Assembly: GCA_005772895.1 (NCBI GenBank) | Contig: SXIH01000038.1 | Coordinates: 42,941-106,940 of the forward strand | Origin: Bacteroidota bacterium | GTDB taxonomy: Bacteria > Bacteroidota > Bacteroidia > 2-12-FULL-35-15 | Direction: 5' to 3' | Length of the DNA: 64,000 nucleotides | Shown here: positions 1 through 10,117 of the stretch, piece by piece | How the letters are laid out: each line of letters starts with the position of its first letter | Position numbering within the stretch: the first letter of the stretch is position 1 | Translations under genes and position numbers: made by a program | The notes under the pieces: generated by a model | What the model was told of the DNA's origin: nothing | Database searches by the model: none | The model's input: only the letters and a program-made list of their open reading frames with translations

Positions 1-1278
1 TTGTGAGCCAATGCTGGCTGCAGATGGATTTCCTGCGCCATCAATTCCACCTTGAGAACCATCAAAATTTTCGCTGTAGTTGTTGTAAGTATAAGCCATT
101 AATTGAGTGCGTAATCCACGTTGGTGTTCAAAATCCATTTCACCATCATCACCCGGACCTTGGTCTGAAGCAATAGCAATTCCTTTTTTATACCATGTAG
201 CACCAGCTTGTGGTGTTTGTTCGTAGTTTACTGTGCGATTCACCATAATCTGTACATGTGTATTAGTAGTTGCAGAAAAACGACCAACAAATAATTCAGG
301 GTATGAATCTGTTCCGCTGATATAACCATAACTGTTATCAGAATCTCCATATACTGTTACAGGAGAAGGAATCTGAGCAGCATCTCCAACTAATAAAACA
401 TACTTTAAAGTAGGATTAGCTACCATATAATTTGTAATGTAAGTTTTGATTGCAGCAGCAGTAGTTCCGGCAACTGATTTAAGAACCAATTCTGTTTTTA
501 TTCCTTTTTTATTTTTCCAGGTAACAAATGGTGCCATATCCGGAGCAAATGAATCGAAACAAATAATAAGCATACATCCATTTTCAGAAACAGGAACGTA
601 CATCATACCTTTGTTAGGTGCTTCATAATTTATAAATTGTCTTTTATAGATCGCTTCAAATTCATTGTCAACAATTTTTTCAGAAGTGATTCTTTCAAAT
701 GCGTTTTCTCCGCCCATTACATTTTGAACACTTACCGAAACAACAATATCCGTGTAAACGCGCAATACTTTTGTGATAGGATTATATTGAAATGGACAAA
801 CACTGATCGTTTGTGCTCTGTGATCTCTCAATATATATGGAGTATTTAATTTGGCAATGTCAGCAGGATAAAAATTACTTTGTCCGTACATTGTACCATA
901 AGTATAAGCAACATTAGCCGGGTCGATATTTCTTTTCAGGTTTCCTTTTGAAGGAGCAATATCAATTCCTGTTAAATCATAATAATTGCTTGATACAATA
1001 TTGATCTGCATTTTCGCAAAATCAGGAATGATTAAGGAAGTAGTTAACTTTTCCATATCAGGAGCACCTTCAATTAAAAGGGCAGTTCCTTTATCAAGCG
1101 ACACAATTTGTGAAACACCTGCAGGAGTTGTTACATTTTTAAAGATGGGGCTACCGGGTTTGAATTGAATTGTAGTAATACCATTGTCGGTATTTACTAA
1201 ATTAATTTTGGTAGAAGTTTCTGCTATTGCTACAGATGTTGCAATAATCAAAGAAAAGAGGGTAATGATTTTTTTCAT
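1..1278 (-). CDS. Peptidase C25 (gingipain-like) family protein, partial; C-terminus lies beyond the window start
   Basis: The reverse-complement ORF starts with ATG at 1278 and encodes MKKIITLFSLIIATSVAIA (signal peptide). It carries the propeptide-like region and the conserved YVLLVGD...IP and GD-DNSYGY blocks typical of C25 peptidases. It is absent from the ORF track because it runs off the window edge. Confidence 0.55.
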   Translation of the reverse strand, partial: MKKIITLFSLIIATSVAIAETSTKINLVNTDNGITTIQFKPGSPIFKNVTTPAGVSQIVSLDKGTALLIEGAPDMEKLTTSLIIPDFAKMQINIVSSNYYDLTGIDIAPSKGNLKRNIDPANVAYTYGTMYGQSNFYPADIAKLNTPYILRDHRAQTISVCPFQYNPITKVLRVYTDIVVSVSVQNVMGGENAFERITSEKIVDNEFEAIYKRQFINYEAPNKGMMYVPVSENGCMLIICFDSFAPDMAPFVTWKNKKGIKTELVLKSVAGTTAAAIKTYITNYMVANPTLKYVLLVGDAAQIPSPVTVYGDSDNSYGYISGTDSYPELFVGRFSATTNTHVQIMVNRTVNYEQTPQAGATWYKKGIAIASDQGPGDDGEMDFEHQRGLRTQLMAYTYNNYSENFDGSQGGIDGAGNPSAASIGSQ

Positions 1279-1374
1279 TGGCCTTTAGATTAGTTTAGAG
1301 GATAACTAAATTATACTAAAGAAAACGGAAAAGCAAACAAAAAGGGAGAATAATTTAGGTTTCGGGACTGGTAT

Positions 1375-2766
1375 TTACATCAAAACATGCCCCAGGAGTA
1401 AGGAAGCAACGCTAAAGTAGATAATTAAGCCTGTGATATCTACCAGGGTTGCAACAAATGGAGCAGAGGACACCGCAGGATCGAACCCGAATCGTTTTAA
1501 AATCAATGGAAATAAGGAACCTATAATATTACCCCAAAGCACAACACCTACTAGTGATGTTCCAACGGTAAGAGCTATTTCCATCCAATGCGGACCATAT
1601 ATTGTAGTGAATTGAGACCAAACTGCTACTCTTAAAAATCCAATTAATCCTAATATTAACCCTAAAATCAATCCTACTTTTATTTCCCTTTGGATGATTG
1701 CCCACCAATTGCGAATGGTAATTTCACCCAATGCCAGTGAACGAATTACTAAAGTAGATGCCTGAGAACCGGTATTTCCCCCGCTGGAAATAATTAATGG
1801 AACAAACAACGAAAGGATAACCACTTTTGCAATTTCATTTTCGAAAAAGCCCATTGCAGTTGCAGTTAATGTTTCTCCTAAAAATAAAATCACCAACCAA
1901 CCTGCACGTTTTTTTAATATTTCTGAAATAGAAACATTCATATAAGGCTCGTCAAACGCTTCCATACCGGCCATTTTCTGAACATCTTCTGTTTCTTCTT
2001 CTCTTCTTACATCTACGATATCATCAATGGTAATTCTTCCAACCAAACGGCCAAGTGCATCAACAACCGGTAATACAACTAAATTGTATTTATCCATTAA
2101 GTTGGCAACTTCTTCTTTATCAGTATTTGTTTTTACAGATATAACTTTTGGATCGTAGATATCAGCTACCTTAGAACGTGTAGGTGAAACAATCAATTTT
2201 TTTAATGGAAGTAAGCCCACTAATTTTTCGTCATCATCCACCACATAAATTGCGTAAATGTTTTCGATATTATCTGCTTGTGCGCGAATTTCACGGACAC
2301 ATTCAATAGCATTACTAGTAACATGAACACGAACTAATTCGGTAGCCATCAAACCACCGGCCGTATGCTCATCGTAATTTAAAAGTTCAACAATGTCGCT
2401 GGCTTGTTCACTGTCTTCCATGTGCGACAATACTTCATCCTGAACTTCATCAGGCAATTCAGCGATAACGTCAGCCGCATCATCCGAATCCATATTATCA
2501 ATATGTTCGGCAATTTCTTTTGAGGTAAGTGAGGCAAGAAAATCTTCACGCACATCTTCATCCAATTCTACTAAAACATCGGCAGCAATTTGTTCGTCCA
2601 ATTGAGAATAAACATATTTAGCTTCTTCTGTTTGAAGTTCGTTGAAGATAACAGCAATGTCAGGCGGATAAAGTTCTTTGAATTGCTCAACGACAAATGC
2701 TCCGTTACGGGCACTGATGGCTGTACGGAGTTTTTGTAAAAAGTCGTCTGTTAATTCAAATTGCAC
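1375..2766 (-). CDS. mgtE: Magnesium transporter MgtE
   Basis: 463 aa with an MgtE N-domain, tandem CBS region and a C-terminal multi-TM MgtE channel domain (GGNTGSQASTLVIRSLALGEI). Confidence 0.85.
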   Translation of the reverse strand: MQFELTDDFLQKLRTAISARNGAFVVEQFKELYPPDIAVIFNELQTEEAKYVYSQLDEQIAADVLVELDEDVREDFLASLTSKEIAEHIDNMDSDDAADVIAELPDEVQDEVLSHMEDSEQASDIVELLNYDEHTAGGLMATELVRVHVTSNAIECVREIRAQADNIENIYAIYVVDDDEKLVGLLPLKKLIVSPTRSKVADIYDPKVISVKTNTDKEEVANLMDKYNLVVLPVVDALGRLVGRITIDDIVDVRREEETEDVQKMAGMEAFDEPYMNVSISEILKKRAGWLVILFLGETLTATAMGFFENEIAKVVILSLFVPLIISSGGNTGSQASTLVIRSLALGEITIRNWWAIIQREIKVGLILGLILGLIGFLRVAVWSQFTTIYGPHWMEIALTVGTSLVGVVLWGNIIGSLFPLILKRFGFDPAVSSAPFVATLVDITGLIIYFSVASLLLGHVLM

Positions 2767-2840
2767 CTGATAGAGCGTTTTAAGGTTTTCGCGTGCAAAG
2801 GTAAGATTTATCCTTATTGGAGCATAGGTTTAACGTAAAT

Positions 2841-3620
2841 TTAAACGTCCACCATATTTGTAAGATTTACAAAGTCGGCAACCGATAATTCTTCTGCTCT
2901 TTGAGTAAGATATTTATGGTCTAAAAATTCGGGTTTTAATTTGAATGCTTTGATAGAATTCCGTAATGTTTTTCTGCGCTGATTAAATCCGGCTTTCACA
3001 ACTTGTTTGAACAATTTTTCATTGCAATCCAATTGTTGAACTGTGTTGCGTGTTAAACGAATAACTGCAGACTGAACTTTTGGAGGAGGATTAAATACAT
3101 TTGCATCAACTGGAAATAAATATTCGATATCATAAAATGCCTGAAGTAAAACGCTGGTAATTCCGTAAGTTTTATTTCTGGGTTTGGAAGCGATGCGTTC
3201 TGCTACTTCTTTTTGAAACATCCCCACAACTTCCGGAACTTGATTTTTATGGTCTAGGACTTTAAATAAAATTTCTGTGGAGATATTGTAAGGAAAATTT
3301 CCAATCACAGCAAAAGATTCCTTGTTGAATAAACTATCGAAATCTAATTTTAAAAAATCACCTTCAATAATTTTGTTTTCAAGACTTGGAAAGTTTTGTT
3401 TTAAGTATGCGATGGATTCTCTGTCGATATCAATGATGTAAGTTTCGTATGCCGTTTCCTGAATAAGATATTTTGTAAGCACGCCCATTCCCGGACCAAC
3501 TTCAATTACCTTTTTATATTGAGAAGAATGTTTTAAGCTTTTTACAATATTAAGAGCGATGGTTTCATCTTTCAAAAAATGTTGCCCTAAATGTTTCTTT
3601 GCTCTAACTTGATCCGACAT
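2841..3620 (-). CDS. rsmA: 16S rRNA (adenine1518-N6/adenine1519-N6)-dimethyltransferase RsmA/KsgA
   Basis: 259 aa with the LGQHFL motif and a SAM-binding VIEVGPGMGVLT motif. Confidence 0.85.
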   Translation of the reverse strand: MSDQVRAKKHLGQHFLKDETIALNIVKSLKHSSQYKKVIEVGPGMGVLTKYLIQETAYETYIIDIDRESIAYLKQNFPSLENKIIEGDFLKLDFDSLFNKESFAVIGNFPYNISTEILFKVLDHKNQVPEVVGMFQKEVAERIASKPRNKTYGITSVLLQAFYDIEYLFPVDANVFNPPPKVQSAVIRLTRNTVQQLDCNEKLFKQVVKAGFNQRRKTLRNSIKAFKLKPEFLDHKYLTQRAEELSVADFVNLTNMVDV

Positions 3621-3624
3621 ACAA

Positions 3625-3924
3625 TTATATTACTTCTAATAATGTTCTGAACGCAACAAATTTGTCTGCGTATTTATCTGCAACATCTTTTTGCAAACGT
3701 GGTGCATGCAATCGTTGATATTCTTTCAAGTCTTCTATGTTTTTGCAAGTGTATTGAAAAGAGTAGGTGATACCTTGTTCTTCTTCTACCAATACTTTAC
3801 ATAATTTATTTTCAATAAAAAAACCTGTTGCCATAACATCCGGAATGTGTTTTGTTTTCATCCAGTGCAACCACTCATCGTGTACATCTTTATCGATGTT
3901 TACTGTTACGTTGTAAATTATCAT
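3625..3924 (-). CDS. DUF4286-family small protein
   Basis: 99 aa beginning MIIYNVTVNID...WLHWMK..HIPDV, the usual small conserved partner downstream of ksgA in Bacteroidota. Confidence 0.45.
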   Translation of the reverse strand: MIIYNVTVNIDKDVHDEWLHWMKTKHIPDVMATGFFIENKLCKVLVEEEQGITYSFQYTCKNIEDLKEYQRLHAPRLQKDVADKYADKFVAFRTLLEVI

Positions 3925-3965
3925 ACCTACGAATTACGAATTTTTGCGAATTACGAACCTGCCTG

Positions 3966-3999
3966 CCGCAGGCAAGTCTGTGTTTTTTTATAATTCGAC
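3966..3999 (-). terminator. Hairpin (cttgcctgcggcaggcag on the minus strand) followed by a T-rich tract; putative terminator of the TPR gene
   Basis: GC-rich inverted repeat in an AT-rich intergenic region immediately 3' of the 4003..5823 gene. It is flanked by TTCGTAATTCG repeat copies. Confidence 0.3.
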
Positions 4000-4002
4000 T
4001 TT

Positions 4003-5823
4003 TTAATTAATACTATCCCCTCTTAATCTTCTGAAACGCTTTCTTGCTTCTACCACATATAAGCTATCAGGATATTTTTCCAATAATTGTTGATAGAGTT
4101 CCTTTGCTTTCTCAATATTTTTAAATTGATTCTCGTTTATGTCGGCTAGCTTAAACATTGCATCATCCCCTAAAATATCCTCTCCGTAATTTTTTAAAAT
4201 TTCTTCATAATAAATAACAGCTTGATTGTAATTTAATTTCTTCAAGGCTATTTGAGCTCTTTTGAAAATAATATCATCAGCTAGAGCATGATTGGGATAA
4301 GTATTGTTTAAAGAGTCGAGCAGAGAAATTGCAGTTTCATCCATATTTCTAAAAGAGAACAATTCGGCTAAGGCAAACAATTCTAACGGAGCTTCATTTG
4401 TATCAATGGCTAATGCATCACTAATTGTTAAGGATAGTTGTAATGCATCATTCGCAATTAATTTTGATGTAGCACCTTTCAACACGTCCAATTGTGTTTG
4501 TGCCCAACCAAAATCTCCTGTATAATAAGATATTCTTGCAACTCTGAATTTTGCTTCCTGTCCGATTGGCTCATGCTTAAACAATTTTTCAACTTGTGAA
4601 TAACGTAATGATGCTTCCCAGATATCGCCAGTCATTAATAATACATCAGCCAATTCCAATTTACATTCAGCTTGAGTAGTTAATGCCAACTGTGGCATAT
4701 TAATCGCTTCTTCTAAAAGTACTTTTGCTTCTTCAGTTTTATCCAAATAAAAAGCCTGAAGATGTGCAAGATTTTTTAAGAGTGGAACTGTGCCTGGAGA
4801 TTTTCCTAATTCAGTAATTGTAGCAGTGTAATTTTTTTCTAATTCAGTCAAATCAAACGGAGTGTAATTCCCTTTTGAAACTACTTTTTGATAATACACA
4901 TTTAATAATTCGATACGGGCATTGGTGTAATAATAAACATCCGGACCTTTTGCAATTATATAGTTGTAGGCTTTAATAGCAACATCATAAGCTTCGTTTT
5001 GTGCAAATAACTGAGCCAAGCCCATCACACGATTCCCTTCTTCTTTTTTTCTTTTATCTAAAGCTTTAGATTGAACAAAAGCGCCTTCCCAATCTTTCTG
5101 CTGAATTTGCATCCAAATTAATAGTTCTGATAAAATTGTTTTGTCGGGATTTTTAGAAATACGTTTTAATAATTCAGTCTTTAATAATTCATTTTGTTTT
5201 TGATCTGCCTCATTTCCAAAACTGGTTTGCAAAGCATTTTGTACACTTTGAATATAGGAGTCTTGTGTTTCTAAAACATCCAGATATTCATTGATCATTG
5301 CAGTTTTTTCTCCTAGTGTATTATAAACATCTGCTAATTCAAAACTGAAAGGATAATTGTTTTGAGAAATTCTTCTGCCTTTTAAATAAGTAGCAACAGC
5401 AAAGTTGTGTTGGCGAAGTGCAATAAAAGCATTGGCAACAGCAAATACTTGCTCGTCATATTTTATGGCTTTTACAGCCGACTCCCAGGTTGACTTTGCT
5501 TTTTCAACATCATCGGCTCTGAAATAAACATTTCCTAAATCAACAATATAGTTTGGTGCATCCGGATTTTGTTTGACTTGTTTTTTTACAATTTTTTCTG
5601 CCTTCTTAAAATCTTTGGTTTCTAAAAGACAATTTAGATAAGGAAGATAAAAAACCTGCGGTGATTTTTTGTTGTAAAGTTTTTCGTAATAATCCAATGC
5701 TTTATCAAATTCTTTGTTCTGATAAAATTGCAAAGCGAGTTGCTCATCTGTTCCGGGTTGGGCAAATGTGTGAATCTGTATAAATACAAATACGAAAAAT
5801 AATATGTGTTTAAGGTTTTTCAA
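4003..5823 (-). CDS. Tetratricopeptide (TPR) repeat protein, secreted/periplasmic
   Basis: 606 aa with an N-terminal signal peptide (MKNLKHILFFVFVFIQIHTFAQ) and many 34-aa TPR-like units (AL.YY.KL....A...Y). Confidence 0.6.
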   Translation of the reverse strand: MKNLKHILFFVFVFIQIHTFAQPGTDEQLALQFYQNKEFDKALDYYEKLYNKKSPQVFYLPYLNCLLETKDFKKAEKIVKKQVKQNPDAPNYIVDLGNVYFRADDVEKAKSTWESAVKAIKYDEQVFAVANAFIALRQHNFAVATYLKGRRISQNNYPFSFELADVYNTLGEKTAMINEYLDVLETQDSYIQSVQNALQTSFGNEADQKQNELLKTELLKRISKNPDKTILSELLIWMQIQQKDWEGAFVQSKALDKRKKEEGNRVMGLAQLFAQNEAYDVAIKAYNYIIAKGPDVYYYTNARIELLNVYYQKVVSKGNYTPFDLTELEKNYTATITELGKSPGTVPLLKNLAHLQAFYLDKTEEAKVLLEEAINMPQLALTTQAECKLELADVLLMTGDIWEASLRYSQVEKLFKHEPIGQEAKFRVARISYYTGDFGWAQTQLDVLKGATSKLIANDALQLSLTISDALAIDTNEAPLELFALAELFSFRNMDETAISLLDSLNNTYPNHALADDIIFKRAQIALKKLNYNQAVIYYEEILKNYGEDILGDDAMFKLADINENQFKNIEKAKELYQQLLEKYPDSLYVVEARKRFRRLRGDSIN

Positions 5824-5851
5824 TCTAAAATCTAACGTCTAAAATCCAATA

Positions 5852-6157
5852 TCATTGTTTGTAACCGATTATTTCAAGAACAACCGCTTTCGCCTCAATA
5901 TCTGTTCCGTTCTGTAAAGTTACTAAACTTCCTTCTCTTAAATGCTCTCCAAATCCAACCGGGGCATAAAGTACTGCATTCAAAACAGCCGTTTCACCTT
6001 GTTCTATTGGCTTTTTGTAGAGTTCAATCTGGCATTCGGTAGAGTAGCTTTTGGCTCCTTTTACATAGGCTTGGGGACGATAAATACCCATTAATTCGTA
6101 TTTGCTCAGATTTTCAACCAGCAATTTAACTATGAGGTATTTTTTGTGGTAAATCAT
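5852..6157 (-). CDS. Hypothetical small protein (101 aa)
   Basis: An ORF with good coding look and conserved-looking Gly/Glu-rich blocks. I recognise no family. Confidence 0.3.
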   Translation of the reverse strand: MIYHKKYLIVKLLVENLSKYELMGIYRPQAYVKGAKSYSTECQIELYKKPIEQGETAVLNAVLYAPVGFGEHLREGSLVTLQNGTDIEAKAVVLEIIGYKQ

Positions 6158-6248
6158 TATAGAAGCAAGATGTTAGAATTAAGATCCAAGAAGCAGGATT
6201 GTTTAGAATAGATACTTTATCTTGTCTCTTGATTCTAACATCTTGCTT

Positions 6249-7592
6249 CTATAAATGCTTTAGCATTGCCTTCTCCACTTCTTCGCTGTCCCACTTTTTA
6301 TCGATATCAGGCATAGACATAATTTTTTGCATGATGACTTCCTGCCTTTGTCCTTCTTTTAATGCTGTGGAATATCGGATGTGCGGACTATATGTCACCA
6401 TTGAATAAAGTGGAATCCATTTGTCGGGATGTTTGCTGCTGAAGTTGGCTTCAATTTTCTTTTGTAGTAAAAATTTCGGGTCGGCTGTTTTGTCACGCAT
6501 CTCAATAAAGTTGGCGATTGCTAAATCGGCAATTGCATCACCATCGGGTTTGCGTAATGTTTCGTATTCAGGAAATATTTTTGTCCAATCTTCTTTGTGT
6601 TTATCAATTAATTGATTTAACACAACACAATCTTCAAAACCGCAATTCATTCCTTGTCCGAAGAACGGAACGATAGCATGAGCGGCATCTCCTATGAGTC
6701 CCACTTTGTTGTCGAATGTCCAAGGGAAACATTTTACGGTTACCAATGATGAAACAGGATTGTTCATATAATCGTCTAGCAATGTCGGCATCAATGGAAC
6801 AGCATCCGGAAATTCTTCTTCAAAAAATTTCTTCACTTGTTCTTTTGTTTTGATGGCTGCAAAGGATTTTTCTCCTTCGAATGGAAAAAATAAGGTGCAG
6901 GTAAAATTGCCATCCAGGTTCGGCAAAGCTATCATCATAAAACTTCCGCGTGGCCAGATGTGCAATGCATTTTTTTCTAATAAAAATTCTCCATTTGGTC
7001 CGGGTGGAATAATTAATTCTTTGTACCCTGCCGAAATATAATGTTGATTGTATTCGAAACGGTCGCTGGTTAATTGCATGTTTAAACGTGATGCAGCAAA
7101 TGCTCCGTCAGAGCCAAACAATAAATCACTTTTAGAAGAACTTGTTTTTTTAGTTTCATCATTTTCAAAATGTGCTTCTAAACTTTTTCTATCAATTGTT
7201 GTACAGCGTTCGTTGAAATGAATTTTTACATTTGGCTGTTGCTCTGCTAAATCCATCAAACGCATATTTATTTCTCCCCGTGAAACAGAATAAATGGCTT
7301 GATTGTCTTTTCCATAAGGTTGATAAGCTGTTGAGCCGTCTTTATGATGTATTGCTCTTCCGTACATTGGAATTGCAATTTTTTTAATTTCATCGGCAAT
7401 ACCAACCCCTTCTAATCCTTTCCAACCTCTGTCGCTCAATGCAAGATTGATAGATTTTCCAGCTGAAATATTTGCAGTCCGCATATCAGGTCTGCGTTCA
7501 AACATATTTATTTTATAGCCACGCTTTGCTAAATAAATGGATAGCAATGATCCAACTAATCCCGCTCCGATAATATTTACACTTTTACTCAT
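6249..7592 (-). CDS. kmo: Kynurenine 3-monooxygenase (FAD-dependent)
   Basis: 447 aa with an N-terminal GAGLVGS FAD motif and blocks LHIWPRGSFMMIALPN..FTCTLFFPFE and GDAAHAIVPFFGQGMNCGFEDC, near-identical to eukaryotic and bacterial KMO. Confidence 0.9.
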   Translation of the reverse strand: MSKSVNIIGAGLVGSLLSIYLAKRGYKINMFERRPDMRTANISAGKSINLALSDRGWKGLEGVGIADEIKKIAIPMYGRAIHHKDGSTAYQPYGKDNQAIYSVSRGEINMRLMDLAEQQPNVKIHFNERCTTIDRKSLEAHFENDETKKTSSSKSDLLFGSDGAFAASRLNMQLTSDRFEYNQHYISAGYKELIIPPGPNGEFLLEKNALHIWPRGSFMMIALPNLDGNFTCTLFFPFEGEKSFAAIKTKEQVKKFFEEEFPDAVPLMPTLLDDYMNNPVSSLVTVKCFPWTFDNKVGLIGDAAHAIVPFFGQGMNCGFEDCVVLNQLIDKHKEDWTKIFPEYETLRKPDGDAIADLAIANFIEMRDKTADPKFLLQKKIEANFSSKHPDKWIPLYSMVTYSPHIRYSTALKEGQRQEVIMQKIMSMPDIDKKWDSEEVEKAMLKHL

Positions 7593-7647
7593 ATATCTTT
7601 TTTATTTCAAATAAATACTTTTGTTTCAGATATCACAATGACAAAAA

Positions 7648-8262
7648 TCACTTCTTCATATATATGTCATTCAAACCCTGTTTCTCTTTTATTTTTGCAA
7701 TGCCTTGTGCCATTCTTTTTTCTCTTGTTGCATCTTGTTTTGCTCCGTTAATCCATTGCACATAGTCTTTTCTTCTGGAGTAACTCATCTCTTCAAAATT
7801 GTGAAGGATTTTATTTTTTTCTAAAAGTTTTTTAAAATCAGGTGGGATGACAACTGTTTTGTCTTTCGCTTCAGTAATTTTCAAACCCTTTTCATTATTG
7901 ATAACTGCTTCTGTAATATACTCGATCAATAATTTTTCATCAATTTGTTTTACGTCTGTATATTTTATGTGACGATTATGCAAATTGCCTTCATTCATTT
8001 GCAATACTTTTTTCTTGTCCTTTAACAATGCGCCTTGCCAAAAAGTAAAAGTGCAGTGTTTTTTAAAATACCAGAATCCGCAAACCATACCATCTTTGTA
8101 GTAATTCGGACCCCATTTCCAATCTTCAATAATTGCAGGCTCTGCCTTGAAAATAATAGCACGCAATTTTTTGCAAATAGCTTGAGCAAATGGTTCAGCA
8201 CTTGCAATGCCTTCATCAATCAATTGCTTGGCATCAGGATTATGTTTTGGTTTTTTTGCCAT
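7648..8262 (-). CDS. DUF1801 / YdeI-OmpD-associated family protein
   Basis: 204 aa with an N-terminal DUF1801-like region and a C-terminal YdeI/OmpD-associated domain (bacteriocin-protection type). Confidence 0.4.
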   Translation of the reverse strand: MAKKPKHNPDAKQLIDEGIASAEPFAQAICKKLRAIIFKAEPAIIEDWKWGPNYYKDGMVCGFWYFKKHCTFTFWQGALLKDKKKVLQMNEGNLHNRHIKYTDVKQIDEKLLIEYITEAVINNEKGLKITEAKDKTVVIPPDFKKLLEKNKILHNFEEMSYSRRKDYVQWINGAKQDATREKRMAQGIAKIKEKQGLNDIYMKK

Positions 8263-8270
8263 TTCTTTCC

Positions 8271-8756
8271 TTATCGACCTTTTGATTTTTGACTTTTTTC
8301 TCTTTTAACTTTTTTTATTGGTAACCCTTTTTCAAAATAATCTTTTTCTATTCTAAGCACACTTGCAACGGCACGTTTTTCTCTTGTTTCTTTTCTTTTC
8401 GATTCGTTGATGTACTTTACATAATTTCTTTTGTGTGAAGGAGAATAAGCTTCGAACATTTTTTCTGCTTCCGGACTCGCTTCAAAAGCTTCTTTTAATT
8501 CTTCAGGAACTTTTAATTCTGCAAAATCTTCTTCTAAAATAATTTCAATTGTATCACCTGCTCCTTTTCTGATTGCTTTTCTGATTTGATTTTTTATTGG
8601 CATACAATGTTCTCCAGTTCCCATCGGCATAAGCGATGTGTCATCAAATGGAAATCTATCAATTGTTCCTTTTACTCTTACGTGTCCTGCTCTTCCAAAA
8701 ACTTTTCTAACATCAATGGGTGTTATAACAATTACCCATGAACCCAGTTTCTGCAT
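8271..8756 (-). CDS. DUF1905 / YdeI-OmpD-associated family protein (start trimmed to the internal Met)
   Basis: The track ORF runs to 8840, but its first 28 codons are encoded by an intergenic TCGCAGAT tandem repeat. DUF1905 proteins start at MQKLGSWVIV, so the likely start is ATG 8756. It is a paralog-like neighbour of 7648..8262. Confidence 0.4.
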   Translation of the reverse strand: MQKLGSWVIVITPIDVRKVFGRAGHVRVKGTIDRFPFDDTSLMPMGTGEHCMPIKNQIRKAIRKGAGDTIEIILEEDFAELKVPEELKEAFEASPEAEKMFEAYSPSHKRNYVKYINESKRKETREKRAVASVLRIEKDYFEKGLPIKKVKREKSQKSKGR

Positions 8757-8829
8757 TTGCACTTTGAATTTTTGTTTCGCTATTTTGCTCGCAGATTTCA
8801 CGGATTTTCGCAGATTTTTTTTAAAAAAT

Positions 8830-10098
8830 TTATAAAGCACTCTTCAGTATCTCTCCGAATCTATATACATCTTCAAAAGAATTATACAATGGAACGGGTG
8901 CACAGCGAATCACATTTGGTTCCCGCCAGTCAGAAATAATTCCCGCTTCCGTTAATTTGTTGAACAATTCTTTTCCTCTTCCGTGAGCAACAATTGAAAG
9001 TTGACATCCTCTTTGTTTTTTATCTCTTGGAGTAATAATTTCTAATTTTTTATCCAAGGATTTATTGATTTCATCAATAATAAATTCTAAATAACCCGTT
9101 AGTTTTTCTGCCTTAGCAACCAAAGCATCCATACCTACTTCGTTAAAAATATCTACTGAAGCTTTGTGAGCGGCCATGGATAAAACGGGAGCATTGCTCA
9201 TTTGCCAAGCTTCTGCAGTTGGCATTGGTACAAATCCTTTTTCCATTTTAAAACGTGTGTTCTTATCGTGTCCCCACCAACCTGCAAAACGAATAATTTC
9301 CGGTTTGTTCAAATGACGTTCGTGAATATAAACTCCTGCAACTCCACCCGGACCAGAATTTAAATATTTATAACTACACCAACATGCGAAGTCTACATTC
9401 CAATTGTGTAATTCTAATTTTAAATTTCCTGCAGCATGTGCCAAATCAAAACCAACCAATGCTCCGATTTTATGTCCGGCCTCCGTAATGCCCTTCATGT
9501 CGAACACTTGTCCGTTATAATAATTCACTCCACCAATCATAATGGTTGCAATCGAATCTTTGTTTTTTTCAATAGCAGCTAAAATATCTTCGTGACGGAT
9601 GCATATTTCTCCTTCACGTGGAGCAACTTCTATAATAGCATCATCAGGATTTAATCCATGAAATTTTACTTGTGATTCCAATGCATATTGATCGGATGGA
9701 AAAGCTTTTGCTTCACACAAAATTTTGTAACGAGTTTTGGTGGGGCGATAAAAACTCACTAATAACATGTGTAAGTTCACTGTCAGTTGATTCATTACAA
9801 CAACCTCTTCGGGTTTTGCACCAACAATTTTTGCAACAGGTTCAGCAAATTGTTCGTGATAGGGCATCCAGGGTTTACGCGAATGAAAATGACCTTCCAC
9901 ACCAAAAGTTGCCCAATCTTCCAATTCGTTCAAAACATAATCTTGTGTTGCTTTCGGTTGTAATCCCAATGAATTTCCCGTGAAATAAATAGTTTCGCGT
10001 CCATGCATCATTGGGAAATAAAATTTCTCACGATAACTTTTTAAAGGATCTGCTGCATCCTGTTGTTTTGCGTATTCAATGGTGTTTTCGTATTTCAT
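8830..10098 (-). CDS. kynU: Kynureninase (PLP-dependent)
   Basis: 422 aa with blocks FTGNSLGLQPK, GFDLAHAAGN, DFACWCSYKYLNSGPGG, RGCQLS and IRCAPVPLYNSFEDVYRF that match kynureninase throughout. Confidence 0.9.
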   Translation of the reverse strand: MKYENTIEYAKQQDAADPLKSYREKFYFPMMHGRETIYFTGNSLGLQPKATQDYVLNELEDWATFGVEGHFHSRKPWMPYHEQFAEPVAKIVGAKPEEVVVMNQLTVNLHMLLVSFYRPTKTRYKILCEAKAFPSDQYALESQVKFHGLNPDDAIIEVAPREGEICIRHEDILAAIEKNKDSIATIMIGGVNYYNGQVFDMKGITEAGHKIGALVGFDLAHAAGNLKLELHNWNVDFACWCSYKYLNSGPGGVAGVYIHERHLNKPEIIRFAGWWGHDKNTRFKMEKGFVPMPTAEAWQMSNAPVLSMAAHKASVDIFNEVGMDALVAKAEKLTGYLEFIIDEINKSLDKKLEIITPRDKKQRGCQLSIVAHGRGKELFNKLTEAGIISDWREPNVIRCAPVPLYNSFEDVYRFGEILKSAL

Positions 10099-10117
10099 AG
10101 AGCCTTGTCGGTTTTTG

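Noticed and set aside
446-1168. Three small plus-strand ORFs (446..628, 637..849, 986..1168)
   Set aside because: They overlap the much longer, motif-bearing minus-strand C25 peptidase gene that runs off the window edge.
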